Shown here piece by piece: positions 32,495 through 49,331 of a stretch of DNA of 64,000 bases (its first letter is position 1; each line of letters opens with the position of its first letter). Position numbers and translations under genes: made by a program. The stretch is taken from NCBI RefSeq assembly GCF_009914755.1, contig NC_060926.1. One strand, given 5' to 3'. The notes under the pieces were generated by a model. It saw nothing but the letters and a program-made list of their open reading frames with translations, did no database searches and had not been told where the DNA came from. This DNA comes from the human T2T-CHM13v2.0 reference genome, Homo sapiens.

Positions 32495-33035
32495 TTTGTT
32501 ATCTACAGCGCATAACAAGTTAGCCCATATCTTAGCGGCTGAAACAACACGTATTGTCTCTCTGTTTCCATGGGTCAGGAATCTGTGAGTGGCTTGCTGG
32601 GGTCCTCAGGCTCAGGCTCTCTCACAGACTGCAATCAAGGTGTCCGGCTGCTGTCATCTCAAGGTTTGATGGGGAAGGATCCACTTCCAGCCTCACTCAC
32701 ATGGTTGTTGTTGACAGAATCTAGTTCCTCACAGGTTGGTGGACTGAGGGCTTCAATTCAATGCTGGCTATTGGCCAGAGGCTGCCCTCAGCTCCTTGCC
32801 ACGTGGGCCTCTCCACAGGACGCTCCCAAGATGGCAGCTGGCCTCACCAGAGAGGAAGGAGGAGAGAGCGAGAGAGTGTGTGGCAAGCGAAGAGACGAAC
32901 TTTCATAACCAAATCTTGGAGGCATTTGCGCTGTTCTCTCCGTTAATAGCCAGTCACTAGAACCAGCCCACACTGAAGTGGAGGGGATTACAAGGATCCA
33001 GATACCAGGAAGCCATTTTAGAAGCTGCCCACCAC
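32495..33035 (-). mobile_element. MLT1-type MaLR LTR
   Basis: 'cttagcggctgaaacaacac...gggtcaggaatctg...tagccagtcactaga...ccagcccacact'. Confidence 0.75.
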
Positions 33036-33834
33036 AGGAGCAAAGGCAAGGGGGCTGGACCCGACCTAAGACTACCCCAGGCAGCCCAGAGCAGACTGTC
33101 CGAGAGTGTGAGGACAGAATCCCAGCCCGAATCCCAGCTGTCCCAGCACCACAGGGAGACATGGACACACTCAGGGCCTCCTGCCGGTTCCCAGAAGAGC
33201 CTGGCTCAGTCATTTGCCTGGGTTCACTCCCACCACCCCCAGCAGTGCCGGGAATAAAACAATAATACACAGCAGCAAAATGCCCCTCCAGCAGCCCATG
33301 TACACAGCCTGGCTCACCTTCCCCATCTTACCAGCCGGCACTGCCATCGGGACACGGAAACCTCTTCAGGACGTGGGAGGAGGGGAAGCAATTCCATAGA
33401 CATTTCTGGGCCCTTCTCAGCTGCCCCCACCAGCAGCCAGCAGCCCCCTGGATCCATCTGGGGAAGGAGACTCCCCTTTCCCTGAGGGCCTCCCCCTCTG
33501 AGCCTGGCCAGCACCCTGGGCCTGTTCTCCTGTCCCCCTGCAGCTGCAGGGCCATAGGTCCCCTTGTGGGAGGGACAGAAGGACAGAGAGGCACCAGGAA
33601 GGTGGGCACCAGGGCCTTCCCACCAGGAGCCGACACTCCCCAGGGAACATTTCCGGGGCATGCTCAGGAGGCAGGAAGTGGGATGCAGGGGAAATCCTCA
33701 AAGGCTGAGGCTGCGGCTGGACAGAGACTTGAGGGAGGAACACAGGAGGATGGCAGGTACAAATCTCAACCCACGGCAGGTAAAAGACATGCACCTTTTT
33801 AGAAGTCCCCTGATGTCAGTTTTTAGAAGTCCCC

Positions 33835-34886
<1,052 letters not shown>

Positions 34887-34907
34887 TACCCTTTGGGACG
34901 AGGGGCA

Positions 34908-35590
<683 letters not shown>

Positions 35591-36444
35591 CCACAGCCCC
35601 TTTTTCCTGTTCTTCCCCCTCTGTTCCAAGCTGGGGCCTGAGCCGGGCAGCTGGGCTAAGAGCTGGAAGACCTGGATTCCAACCCTGGCTCTGCCTCTAA
35701 TTTGCTCTTGGACCCTGAGACGTCGTGTTTCTTCACTTGACCTTAGTTTTCTGACACATGGGCTTGTAACAGGCTCCTGCCTGTCTCCTGGGGTGGCTAG
35801 GCCCAGGCCACATGTAGGGATGCTCAAAAGCAGGGCAATAGTCCTGAGGCCCATGCCAGGGCCCTGGCCCCTGGCTCCAGGTCTAACGCCCATTTGCATT
35901 TTCATTCCTTTTCTAACCCAACAAAGGATCAGGGCTGGGATCATAAAAGTGACTCCCAGAGAGTAAACCTCCTCTCAGACAAAGGACGGCATGGAGGGCA
36001 GAGGTGTTAAGTCAGTTCCCTAAGTCCACTCAGCCAGCTGGGGCCAAGCACTAAACTTCCAGGCTTCCAGTGAGGGCATTTTCCCCACCCCAGAGGGTGT
36101 CCTTCAGGGGAACATCTGTCCCAGAGTGGCACTGGGTAAAGGGCAGGGGCTTCGCATTGGGAGCTGTGGATTCTCGTGCCAGCTTGCCCACTCGCCAGAT
36201 GTTGTGCTCTTGTTGATCATGCCTGGCTTGCGGGGTTGTTGGGAGAATTAAATGAGAGGGTGCTGAGTGCCTGGTACTGAGCCCACACATAGCGAGTACT
36301 CCACAGCCTTAGCTGACATGAACTGCCTGCCTTCCCTGCTTCTCTCCATTCCTCATTTCACAGAAGACAGGGGAAATTCCCCTTTCAGACAGAGCTCTCA
36401 TGAGATCCTAGTCACAAACCCGGAGGCAGACAGGCCAGCCCTTG

Positions 36445-36752
36445 TTTTTTTGTTTTTTTGTTTTTTTTTTTTAGATGGAGTCTCGTGCTGTTGCCCAGGC
36501 TGGAGTGCAATAGTGCAATCTCGGCTCACTAAAACCTCCGCCTCCTGGGTTCAAGCGATTCTCATGCCTCAGCCTCCCGAGTAGCTGGGATTACAGGCAC
36601 GCTCCATCATGCCTGGCTGATCTTTTGTATTTTTAGTAGAGATGGGGTTTCATCATGTTGATAAGGCTGGTCTGGAACTCCTGACCTCAAGATCTGCCGG
36701 CCTCGGCCTCCCAAAGTGCTGGGATTACAGGTGTGAGCAACTGCACCTGGCC
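36445..36752 (-). mobile_element. Alu
   Basis: Reverse Alu; TSD CCAGCCCTTGTTTT. Confidence 0.94.
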
Positions 36753-38274
36753 CCAGCCCTTGTTTTGTCCATTTTAAGGATGAGGCTGCTGAGGTCCCGA
36801 GGGGGCTCTGAGCAAGCCAGCGGCAGAGCCAGGGCCAGACCAGGACTCTCACCTCACCCTCTGTCCACACAGAATTTCCCAGGGGGCCCGGGGCTCTCTT
36901 GTGCTAGAGACTGGCTGAGGCCGAGGGCTTGTCACCCAGCCCACCTGCTGCCAGGCTGGGTACTGGCTCACAGCTCTGTCCCTGAGCAGATCTAACCCAG
37001 CCCTCCCCTTGCTGTCCCCTCCCTCTCACTGCGTCCCAAGCACCCGGCCTCCAGGGTCATTTGGAAAACCTGCCTGTCCCCAGACATCTTGAAATCTCTT
37101 GAGTGGAGACCTTTCCTTGCCACACTTAATGAATTTCAGGAGCTGAATGTGGGCCCCTGGGAGGTTGGGGGCTGTGAACAGTGGGGAGAGGAGTAGACAG
37201 GGACAAAGAAGTTCAGGACAGGAAGGTGCAAGAACCTGGGCTGCGGGGGCTGATTTTCCTGAGCAGAACTGGGCTAGCATGTTCGTGGGGACAAGGGAAC
37301 AATGGGGGAGATGGAGGCCGGGTGTTTTGCTAAGCCAGGGCAGGAAAGCCTGACCTTCTGCACTTCTCAGGGGCCCAGCAGTGCCCTCCACACAGACCCT
37401 GGAGATATGGGCTTGGGGCTCTTGCCCAGAGAGTGGCAGGGAGGGCCCATCTTAGGTCCTAAGGTGTCTGCTGGTTCTGCCAGGTCTAACTCAGGTGCCC
37501 AAGAAGCAAGTCCTCTGAGGGCCCCAAGACCACCCATAGTGGCCCTAGAAAAGGTGGCTCCCCCATCCCCCTTGAGCCTTAAACTTGGCAGATTTCCTGG
37601 ATTCCATGACTGACACAGACCTTCCTTTCCCAGCAGCCAGCCCTGAGCAGGGCCCATGGACTCGCCCTGTCCCTTCCCCTCCTTGACCAGGCAAACCATC
37701 TTGAAGTTGCTAGAGCAAGATTCTTCCTTATCCACTGGGAGAGGCCAGGGTCTGTCCTTCTCTCAGGCCACCCCCACCCCCAGCCCCCCCTTCTCTTCTC
37801 AGGTGATTTTGGTGGCATACCTCTTCCTTTCTGTCCTAAGCCCATCAACCCCCCTCCCACTTTTTTTTTTTTTTTTTTTTTTTGGCCACAGAAAAGAAAG
37901 AAAAAGGAAAACAGCCTAAAGGCATATTCTCCTTTGTGTAAAATTAATATATGCTATTCAAGGGCATGTAAATGTAATTTTAAAGTCAGCTTTCTTGGGC
38001 CTTTGTTAGGAGGCCGCTGTCGTGGTCAGAAATCTACATAGCATATGGCATATAGTAGGTGGTCAATAAAAAAAAACTCATCCTGCCCTCCTCTCTCCCC
38101 GCCACCTTTCCTTTCTCAAGGGTCCCGAGGGCACCTGGGCTTCCCAAAGCAGAGAGGCCTGTTGGGGGCAGATGCCCACCTGCCCTCCCGCCACCCGTGC
38201 CTGTCTGGGCTTCTCCTCCCAGAACAAACCTCTCCTGCAGGGGAGGGCAGGTGGCACCTGAGGGACTGTCCTGA

Positions 38275-38868
<594 letters not shown>

Positions 38869-39279
38869 TGAAAAAATGATTGTTTTAGTGCCCCGACCCC
38901 ACGAGGGAGTGCGGGACTGAGACCCCCATCAGGCCACTGAGCAGGGGAGCCAGGACAGCTTGGCGGTCACACCCCGGAGGTCTGGGTGCAGCGCGGGAAG
39001 GCTGGGTCCCTTCTAGGATCTCTGGGCCACTAGTCCAGCTGTGGGGACAGTGTCCGAAGCCCCTGCCCCACTGACTGGGGATCCGGAAAAAGGGTGCCAC
39101 CTCCCCACCCCAGGCATCTACTTTGCTTAATGGAGGCTGAGCCCAAAGAGATGCCATTGAGCACCTAACACCACTATTGCCACTTTTCTGGCCACTTTTC
39201 CACATCAAACTCATTCTTTTGGTCAAGTGGGAATAGAAATCAGGGAAAGTTGTGGGGAAAGTCATTTCAAGTAAACAGA

Positions 39280-39530
39280 TTCAAAAGCGCTCGACAGCCC
39301 CTCGGCGGCTCCGCTCCGAATAACCCCACCGCGGTCAGCAGGTTTCGGAGCGGAGTCCGGGTCTCCATCGGCTGCAAAAACCAGCGAAGTGGGCGGCTCC
39401 GCCAGGCCGAGGACCCAGTGCAGTCGCCGCATTTCGCTCTTCACCCTCCAGGTGGCGCTAGCGGGGGCGGAGCGCATATTTGTATTTGGGGAGGAGCTTC
39501 AGAAATGCTGACTGTTGATTGGCTGGGCTC
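39280..39530. promoter_or_regulatory. Small intergenic CpG island with + strand CTCF motif (39443-39460), GC box and reverse CCAAT
   Basis: ACCCTCCAGGTGGCGCTA; GGGGGCGGAG; GATTGG; local CpG retention. Confidence 0.7.
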
Positions 39531-40427
39531 AGTCTCGCTTTCTTTTCTCCTTCCTGGCAGGGCTAGGGAGGGGACCCAGTCCCGGTGCCTGAGCTGCGCA
39601 AGAGGAAACGTGTGTGTGGGAATGGGACAGAGGGGACGGGGTTGGCTCACTTGACACAGAAAGAACATTTGGGGCATGGCCCCTGGGTGTGTTCACTCCT
39701 CAAGGACAATCCTGATTTCCTGGTTTTTGTTTTTTTAATAAAGGCAATTTGTTAAGTGTATAATGAACTGTGTTTTCCATTTGTCATTCCTTTATAAGAC
39801 ACCTCATAAATTTACACACCAGGAAAATCCTTGGTGGGACCTGTTGATAATAAAGACATCGTTATTTACAAAAGAACGAAGGTGAGGACCTTCTAGACCT
39901 CCCTTTTTCATTTTCTTGGTCTCTGAATGTTGTGTTTGTGTTACCAATATAACGATCTGTGGCTGTATTTTATTTGCACATCTAACAACTGATTGTTAAG
40001 CTTCCGCTATCTGGCAGGCATTGGGTGGGGTTTCTCTGAGTCAAGAGTGAGGAAAAAAAGAGGGGGAGCTCGTGGACAGGTAGGACAGGCGGCAGCCAGG
40101 ATCCAGGCTGTGCACGGGGAACATTGAAGAACGCTGCCACGGCCCCGAAGAAGAAGTGGAGCCACGGGGAGAGGAACGGGGAATTTAGAGGAAGTGGGGC
40201 CCGAGGGCAGCGGAGCAGAGCCGCTAGCTCAAAAAGCGCAGTGCTGAAGTCACACTGATGTCACTGCAGAAGCCCAGAGGAGCTAAGGAGAGGTGAGATG
40301 TTGGGGGATTCCCTAGGGCAGCTGGAGTGGGCCCCTGGCCTTTTGTCCGGTTGGTGGGGAGGAAAGCATTGGAAAGTGTAACTTCCAGAATATTTCCTTC
40401 TTGCTCAGGACAGAAAGCCATCTCTGG

Positions 40428-40703
40428 GGCCAGGCGCGGTGGCTCACGACTGTAATTTTAGCACTTTGGGAGGCTGAGGCGGGTGGATCACGAGGTCAGG
40501 AGTTCAAGACCAGCCTGGCCAACATGCTGAAACCCCGTCTCTACTCAAAATATAAAAATTAGCCGGGCATGGTGGCAGGCGCCTGTAATCCCAGCTACTC
40601 GGGAGGCTGAGGCAGGAGAATGGCTTGAATCTGGGAGGCAGAGGTTGTGGTGAGCCGATCATACTACTGTACTCCAGCCTGGGAGACAGAGTGAGACTCC
40701 GCC

Positions 40704-40735
<32 letters not shown>
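40428..40735 (+). mobile_element. Alu (AluS)
   Basis: Consensus plus long A-tail. Confidence 0.95.
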
Positions 40736-40737
<2 letters not shown>

Positions 40738-42473
40738 AGAAATTTTTGCTAAGTGAATAAGGGAAGCAGATGCTTCTTGATCGGTAGAGAAAGCTCCCTC
40801 TAGGAGCCTGCACAGAGCCCAGTATCTCTGGCAAAGAATAAATTGTTCGGAGAGGGCTCTCTTTAGTGTAGGGGAAAGTAGCCCCTTTGCCCCGGGAGAA
40901 AACTGTGACAAGACCTTGGCGTTTCAAGGGCTTGAAGAAACTGCTCACCCACTGAGGGGGCAAGCAAGTCACAAGTGTGTGTATACCTGGTGGTGAGAGT
41001 GAGGTCTGCGAGGTGGTCCTCCCCATCCTGTCCTGCTCCTTACCTGCCATTCCAAGACCAGCCTCCACCCCAGAAGCAGATTTTCCCATGACTTGAGGGC
41101 TACAGCCTGGGCAGAGATTTGGCTCAGGGCCCTGGACTCCACCCCTCGACCTCCTTAAGTGGCCCTTTACATGTCTGGGCAGGGGAGACAAATCAGCGCC
41201 CCAAGCCTGAGCACCCGTGCCAGGCCTGGGGAGATCCTCAGCCACCTGGCACCGGGCGTGGGGCTTGGGCCCTGGCAGTACCAGGTTCCCTTGTCCCCAT
41301 CACTGTAGCCTCTCGCCTATGAGTCCAGGTAGGGTCTGGCCAGTGCGGCTCAGTGTGGCTTGACCCACAGTGCCCAGTGGATGGTGCAGACACTAGTGTC
41401 AGAGGAAGAAAGGAAAGCAACCATTATTACTCATTTGCTATGTGCTCAGCCCTGCTCCAGGTCTCTTACACATTTTAATATAATCCTTAGAACAACTAAA
41501 TAGGTTGGAATTATCTTCATTTTATAGATGCAGAGAATAAGGCAGTGACCTGAGGTCACTCTAGAAAGGAGCAGCGTCAGGATTCAAATGAAGGTGTGCC
41601 TGCCCTCCAGAACCCATGCTTTTCCATTGAACCCTATAGCTGTCCAGGAAGGCATGGTCCCCAGGGATCCCAGGAACCCTCAGGTACCTCCCTGAGAAGC
41701 AGGGCCCCAGACAGGCCTCCAAGAAACAGGGAGGATGAGACAACTCCAGAGAAGAAGGCAGAACCCTCGCTGGTGAGGACCCTTGGGAGCAAAGACAGGG
41801 ACAGAAGGAGGAGACTTAGCAAGGGGCCAGCAGGGTGCAGACTCGCAGAAAAAGGAAAGGGAGAAGATTCAAAAGGGCAAATTGAGGCAAGAGGTGACAG
41901 ATTTAGACCAGGTCTAGGGAGATCATGGAGGAAGCCCGGGGCAGCTGGAGGCACCCCAGCAGGACTGGATGACTTAGGGACCAAGGTTGGAGCAGAGGGC
42001 AGGAGTCACACATATAAATGCTCCTGGGAGCTGGGCAGGTCACGTCAATGGGCAGGTGAGCTGAGGGTGGAGCACAGACAGAGCTGAGCAAGAGACAAGC
42101 AGGACGTGGGAGTTGGAGCGGGGTTGGGAGCCCTCAGACAATAACCAGAGGCTGGGACACAGGCGCCCAGTCTTTCCCAGGCAGCTGGGTGGGCAGCGGG
42201 CACACCAGACAATCATGGGTCCTGGACCCACACCTCAGATCCCCTCTTAGTGACTGTGCAAGCTTTCCCATCCTCGTTAGCCTCTCCAAGTTTTCTCTAC
42301 AGATGGACACTCTCGGCATCGCCTTAAAACACGTATTCATTAACCACACTAAAAAGCAGTCTTTTCCCCATTCCAGGGCCAGTCTGCACAATCGTTAGGT
42401 TCTAACATAAGCTTCATTTCCAGGCCAGCACACCCTCCGGGTCACAATACATTAGTCATTTGCCATTCAGAAT

Positions 42474-42605
42474 TGGCACCCATTGTGTGCCAGCACTGTC
42501 TTTTAGCTCCTTCTCCCATGTTTCAGGCTGGTGGGAACTGGCACCCACCGTGTGCCAGCACCCTGTCTTCTAGCTCCTGCTCCCATGTTTCAGGTTGGTG
42601 GGAAG
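42474..42605. repeat. Diverged ~65-bp tandem duplication
   Basis: TGGCACCCA..GTGTGCCAGCAC..TGTCTT.TAGCTCCT.CTCCCATGTTTCAGG.TGGTGGGAA occurs twice. Confidence 0.85.
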
Positions 42606-43186
42606 TTTTCAAGTTTCAAGTGTCTGGGGGAAAGTTTATACCTCATTTGGGTGTTCCCGAGCAGGAATACCCTCAGCGGTAACTGGCACAGAGTGAGCTA
42701 TTGCTTCCTGTGGGCCATGGTGATTGGACTGTCTCCCACCTAGCCAGGAAGTGCCTCCAGGCAGGAGCCGACTCTTCTAGAGGCCTGGGACAGGCCTGCT
42801 CCTTTGCATAAGAACTTGTCCAGGATGCTTTAGCTTTGGGCTGGGGTGGGGTGGGTGGTGCGTCATTCAGGAAGACAGGTGGATTTTTTTAAAGCAATAA
42901 AATAGTACTATTATTTGTAAACTTTGTTCAGACACTATCCTAGCATTTCATGTGTGTTGGTTAACAGGCAGAAATTTAATTACCTGCATTATCTCTCTAT
43001 ATATTTAGTAAATCATTTGCGTGTTAGGTATTTGTCCACAAGCACTCATTTTAGTTACCAGGGATCTTGGAGAACATAGTATTCGCACATTTTGAGGGAC
43101 TCGAAGGTGTATATCACTATCCCTGACTTTAGGGACCTTATAGTTGGTTCAGGAAGACAAGAAGAGCATGTTAAAAAGCTCAGAGG

Positions 43187-43872
<686 letters not shown>

Positions 43873-44410
43873 AACTCTTGGGTTCAAGGCCCCGTGTGAC
43901 TGGGCGGGGTGGGTACTAACTTCACAACTCTGCCTATGTTGAAGGGGCTTCTCTCTACTCTGCCTCAGTTCCTTGTTTCTCTAAAACTTCTCCTTTCCTA
44001 CTTATAGCCCCAGGCCATCCTGGACAGTCATTGGCAGGCCCACCATCACTATGGGGTGGCCCAGTGTCACATCTGCCAGGAATACCAGCACTTGAGAATT
44101 ACCTATGCAAATTTTGCACTGACCAGTGGTGAACAAAATAATGTAACCCACATGTAGACTGGGGGTGTGGGGCTTTTGCCACTGGAGTTCCCCCGGCCTT
44201 GAATGATGGGAGCAGAGGCAGTGACAGCAGACATTGGAAGCAGCTGGCCGGGGCCTAGGGGACCGTCTCTGACTCGGCAGTGAGGTCCCTCTCTGCATCT
44301 TCTGTCCTAAAACTGTGGCTTTGCACAGAAGCCACAAGGTAAAAGGGGATGGAATAATTGTAAGTGTGGACATTTTCCCACAAATCTGTGCTCCCCAGAA
44401 ATTCAGTTGT

Positions 44411-44705
44411 CTTTTCTTTTTTTGAGATGGCGTCTCGCTCTGTAGCCCAGGCTAGAGTGCAATGGCACGATCCCGGCTCACCGCAACCTCTGCCTCCTGG
44501 GTTCAAGTGATTCTCCTGCCTCAGCCTCCTGAGTAGCTGGGATTACGGGCACCCGCCACCTCACCTGGCTAATTTTTGTATTTTTAGTAGAGATGGGGTT
44601 TTGCCATGTTGGCCAGGCTGGTCTCGAACTCCTGACCTCAGGTGATCCACCCGCCTCAGCCTCTCAAAGTGCTAGGATTACAGGCACGAGCCATCACGCC
44701 CAGCC
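44411..44705 (-). mobile_element. Alu (AluS)
   Basis: Reverse Alu; TSD CAGTTGTCT. Confidence 0.94.
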
Positions 44706-45633
44706 AGTTGTCTCAGTTCTTAATTCTTCTCTAGAGTCAGAGGGAGGTCGCCTGCTGCCTGAGAATGGCCCAGGAAGGCATTCTCTGGCCAGGGCTTCAG
44801 AGGATGTAACGATGCCCACACAGAGCTGGGAAAGTGCCAGTTCCATGGCCGCCCTGGAGCAGCTGCCTGACACAGGCATGGCCAGCGATTACAGGCGGTG
44901 GGGGGAGCCTGAGGGTCTCAGCAGACATGTTGCCATGGGGGAATTGTGGGACCAGTAGAGCCAGGTAGTCTAACTTTTCCAGAGATACTGTAAATCTGGG
45001 TTTTTCTGTTAAATCTTCTGATATTTCACCATTTGCAACCCATTAAATTGTCTTAAAAACGCCTCCTGGGCTGAACAAAATAAGACTTTGGGCCACCCTC
45101 TGTTCTGCCCTCCAATTTAGACCCAAAACGTCCACCTCTTAGTCCAAACCATCCTGGCCTGGCCCCTCGGGTAGGGTTCCCCTCAGAGCGCCCCTTCCCA
45201 GAGAGCAAAGCTGGCAAATGAAACGGGGCAGGAGCAAGTGCCAGCGTCAGCGTGGGGACCCCTGCACTTGGCAGGGAGCGGGGATTTCAGCCTGGTGCAG
45301 GGCTGAGAGGTATCACCCTTCTAGCCTCCGCAGCTGACTTTCTTTAGGGACGGGCACCTACCAGGCCGGCGGCTGTGGTGGACCAGGCCAAGGAGACAGG
45401 CGGCAGCAGGTGAAGTGATGCTTCCTCCTCAACTGGCCTAGTCCTGGGCCCGAGGTGGGCAGGAGGCGGGCAGGAGCAGTCTTAGCCATGCCGAGGCCAG
45501 GACACGGGGCTATGCTGTCATTTCTTTGCCTCCTTCTTTGAGGACACTGAAATCAAAGCTCCCTCCTTCTCACCCCAGGGGAGCTGTGGGGCTGGGACTG
45601 GAGAGGCCCTCGCATCTTGCTTTGCCCTTGTAA

Positions 45634-45977
45634 TTTTTTTTTTTTTTTTTTAAGACAGAGTCTTATTCTGTCATCCAGGTTGGAATGCAGTGGCACGATC
45701 TTGGCTTACTGCCATCCAGGTTGGAATGCAGTGGCACGATCTTGGCTTACTGCAACCTCCACTTCCCAGGTTCAAGCAATTCTCCCTGCCTCAGCCTCCC
45801 AAGTAGCTAGGATTACAGGCGCCCGCCACCACGCCTGGCTAATGTTTGTATTTTTTAGTAGAGGCGGAGTTTCACCATGTTGGCCAGGCTGGTCTCGAAC
45901 TCCTGACCTTAGGTGATCCACGGGCCCCAGCCTCCCAAAGTGCTGGGATTACAGGCGTGAGCCACCGTGTCCAGCCT
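45634..45977 (-). mobile_element. Alu (AluS) with internal exact 41-bp duplication
   Basis: TSD TGCCCTTGTAATTTTT; duplicated unit 45672-45712 / 45713-45753. Confidence 0.94.
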
Positions 45978-47675
45978 GCCCTTGTAATTTTTAAGGTAAA
46001 TCTGTGAAGAGATGTATTTATTTGCACTGTATGTGTTTCAGGTTGAATTGATTTTGTTTTGACATGTTGGTTCAAAATAAGGTGGACCCTTTGGAAAATC
46101 AGCTTGCTGAAGCCATTTATTCAGCTCAGCTCGAGGGGTTTAATTGAAAACAGCTGAGGCACACTGACATCACCACAGGCCTCCAGACTGAAAGGGACCT
46201 CAGAGGAGGCGCGCTGGCTTGGAGGAGGGAAAGCCTGGCTTCAAAAGCCAGAGCCAGTGAAGTGAAGTTTTATCCGAGGAGGAAGGTTTTGCTGCAAAAA
46301 TAGTTCCTTTAGTATGTTTTTAAAAAACAAAGAAGCAAGAGGAGCTGAGCAGGCATATTTAAGAGCTTACAAGAGTAGGGAACAGTGAAGAACTCACTGA
46401 AACTCTGAAAGCAGCCTTGGATAGGCTGTGATGAGCAAGTGAATGGACGTCATGAGACAGTATGGTTTCTGTTATTTCCTAATTTGCTGCCATTTTATTT
46501 ATTTATGGTTGGAGTCTTCTCCCCTTAGCACTCTTCTGTCCCCCATATTTGGTGCTGAACAATTGCTTTGTGCGATTGCGTTTCTCAGGTACATCCTGCA
46601 GCCTCCTACCTTGTGCTGCAGAGACAACATCTAATGCACAGCTGGGCTCCGGGACCTGGTGCTCCTGGTGTGGATGGCAAATGAAGAACTGTATCTCATT
46701 TTCATGCAACTTGTACCTATTTGTCCCACTAATTTTGCAAAGAAAAGAAGCAGAGAGAGGAGGAGGATGCCCTCTGTTTGCCCACATTAGTGCAGATCAG
46801 TCACTGGAGGACCTGCTTCTGGGAGGATGAATAGCCCATGTGGAGGGGCCCTACCATCAGGTGGTCAGGAAAGCTTGGTAACCAGGCCAAAAGCATCGTC
46901 GTCAGTACCAGAGGATGCTTGGTGAGGTGACTTAGGCAGGGAGGGTGGGGTGAAGGCTCAGTTGGCCTAAGGCCAGGATATAAAGTGAGTGACGTAGCAT
47001 TTTTCCAGGGGAAAGTGTCCTTACATACCCCATCCAAAGGTTTAATATGACTCTAAGCAGCAGGACCAGCTCCTCTGGTGACAGAGGAGGCCTGGAAGGG
47101 GCAGCACTCCCGCAGGGACCCCTCCACTCCTTCCCTGTGTGGCCCTGGGCCATCTGATTTGCTTGGTTTCGGCTTCTTGAGCTGTCCTGATGGTTCCTTC
47201 ACACTTTAACGTTCTATGATTCTCTGACTAGCCCTAACCCTTAAGTGGCAGTGGGAATGTCACAGCCTCTCTGTGGGGCTAAAGATTCAATTTCTGCTGA
47301 TACCCCCCTACAGAGTCTGGAGTGGGTGTTGGTGGAGCCAGGCGAGTCTCTTTAGTGTGAGGCCTGGCCAGGGAGGAACGTGACAGGTGGGGCAGGTGAT
47401 CCTTCAGAGGAGCGGGGCCCCCCAGAGACCTTCCAATCCTGCCCTGCAGAGCCAGGGTGCAAGATGACGGGCCCCAGGATGTTTTAAGGTGAAAAAATAG
47501 TAGATCTGGGTGATTATTTCTCCGTTGTGGTTTTCAAAATGGGCAAACCAGGTTCCCATTAAGCCAACTGACTCAACACTCCACTTCTTTCCCTGAGCCA
47601 CTCCCTGCTCTCTCCCCCAAAATCTTCTTTGAAATCTTGCTGCCATTCCATCACATTAGCAAGTTGACACTGTGG

Positions 47676-48452
47676 TGAGGACTAAACTCTGATTTTTTTT
47701 ATCTTGCCCAAATTCCTATCTAAGGGGTCTGGAGAGTCATGCCCTACAAATCATAAATTCTCATCAGATAGGTTTCATTTAACCCTATATATTGTGACTT
47801 ACTTTCCAGCCTGACTCTGGCTGGCATAACGTTATGAGACAAGGAAGAAAATAAAAATATTTTACCCCAAAACATGTTTCTTTGCCATATTTTGAAAAGG
47901 CCCTGCACAAAGCTGTTTTTTGTGGGGGGAAAATTTGCATCTGTAAAGAATGTCTATTATCGTAGCTAGATCTTTTTCTTCCTGACCCTCCCAATCCCAA
48001 AGAGATGAACTAAGATCTGAATAGGAAACTTTTGTCATCTATTGTCTCTAAGGGCAGCCACTATTAGACTTCAAAAGAACTTTTTCCACAATCTTTACCT
48101 TAACCTGAACATTCCCTTTCTATGAATCCCAGGTCTTTAGACAAACTCAACCAATTGTCAACCAGAAAATGTTTAAATTCACCTACAGCCTGGAACCACC
48201 CCCTCCACCCCTTCCCCCTCCCCCACCTTTGAGTTGTCCCGCCTTTCTGGACCAAACCAATGTATTTCTTAAATGTATTTCATTGATGTCTCGTCCCTCT
48301 CTAAAATGTATAAAACCAAGCTGCGCCCTGACCACCTTGGGCGCATGTTCTCAGGACCTCCTAAGGGCTGTGTCACGGGTCATGATCTCTCATATTTGGC
48401 TCAGAATAAATCTCTTCAAATATTTCACAGAGTTCAACTCTTTTCGTCGACA
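47676..48452 (+). mobile_element. Complete ERV1 solo LTR, MER4 group (MER4E/D-like)
   Basis: TG...CA termini; 4-bp TSD GTGG on both sides; MER4-type end 'gctcagaataaatctcttcaaatatt...cttttcgtcgaca'; TATAAAA at 48309, AATAAA at 48405. Confidence 0.88.
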
Positions 48453-49331
48453 GTGGGAAGTGATGGAGCATCAGAGCCCAACAGACAGATGGGGTTTCTC
48501 CTTTCTAACTACATGAGGACGCCCGACCTCTTCAGGCCCTGTTCCCCTGGGAATCGATAATATCACATCACAGTTTTGCTGAGCAGATGACACTAAGATC
48601 ACATAGGTGAGCACACCCGGCACACAGTAGGCACTTCACATGCACTTGTTCCCTTCCCTTTAGAGCCAAGCCCTCTTGAAGAAACCCACCTGGATCTGGT
48701 CACCAGTGACTCAGAAGCCCAACGTGCGTGCAGCTTACAGAACGGTCACACGCGATCCTGTGTGTCATGATCTCGCTATTCTTTCGGTTCTAGTGTTTTC
48801 CTTTATTCACCCCCTCCTAGGTGTCTTTAAGCAGCTCTGCTCTCTGGTTTCCCCAAGCAGAGTTCCATTTTCTCGGTACCTCTCCACATGCCTGGATGGT
48901 GCTCTCTAGCAGTGGTTGGGGCTGGCTGTGGTTTCTGAGCTTCTAAGATCCCCCAGACCCCTGCTGGAAGTGAGTTCCTGCCTTGGGTGTGCCTGAGTGT
49001 GCTGAGTCGAAAGTCATTTTTTTTTTTTTTTTTTTTTTTTTTTTGCGGGGAACTGTGCGTGCACAACACAGCCAGGGAGTGACCTAGTCCAGGGAGCCTA
49101 GTCTCCCCTTAACACAGCATGCGGAAGAATAAAGACCCAGGCTCTATCATAAAATGGGGGCAGGTAAAGAGCAGTTAGGCGAGGGGGCGTGGGCCGTCAG
49201 GGTAGGGGCCTCAGTAAACAGAGTTGAACAAGGGCCTCTCCCAGCTCCACCCTGGCTTTAAACCCCATGGTTTGCAGTTCGGCTCCAGAGGCCTCCCAGT
49301 GACCCCAATCTCATTCCTCTCGACTCAACAG

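Noticed and set aside
39419-39428. TGCAG as a CTCF upstream motif
   Set aside because: Spacing to the core motif is too long for the known arrangement
49017-49044. Orphan poly-T (also at 37861-37882) as a truncated retro-insertion
   Set aside because: No element body or TSD visible
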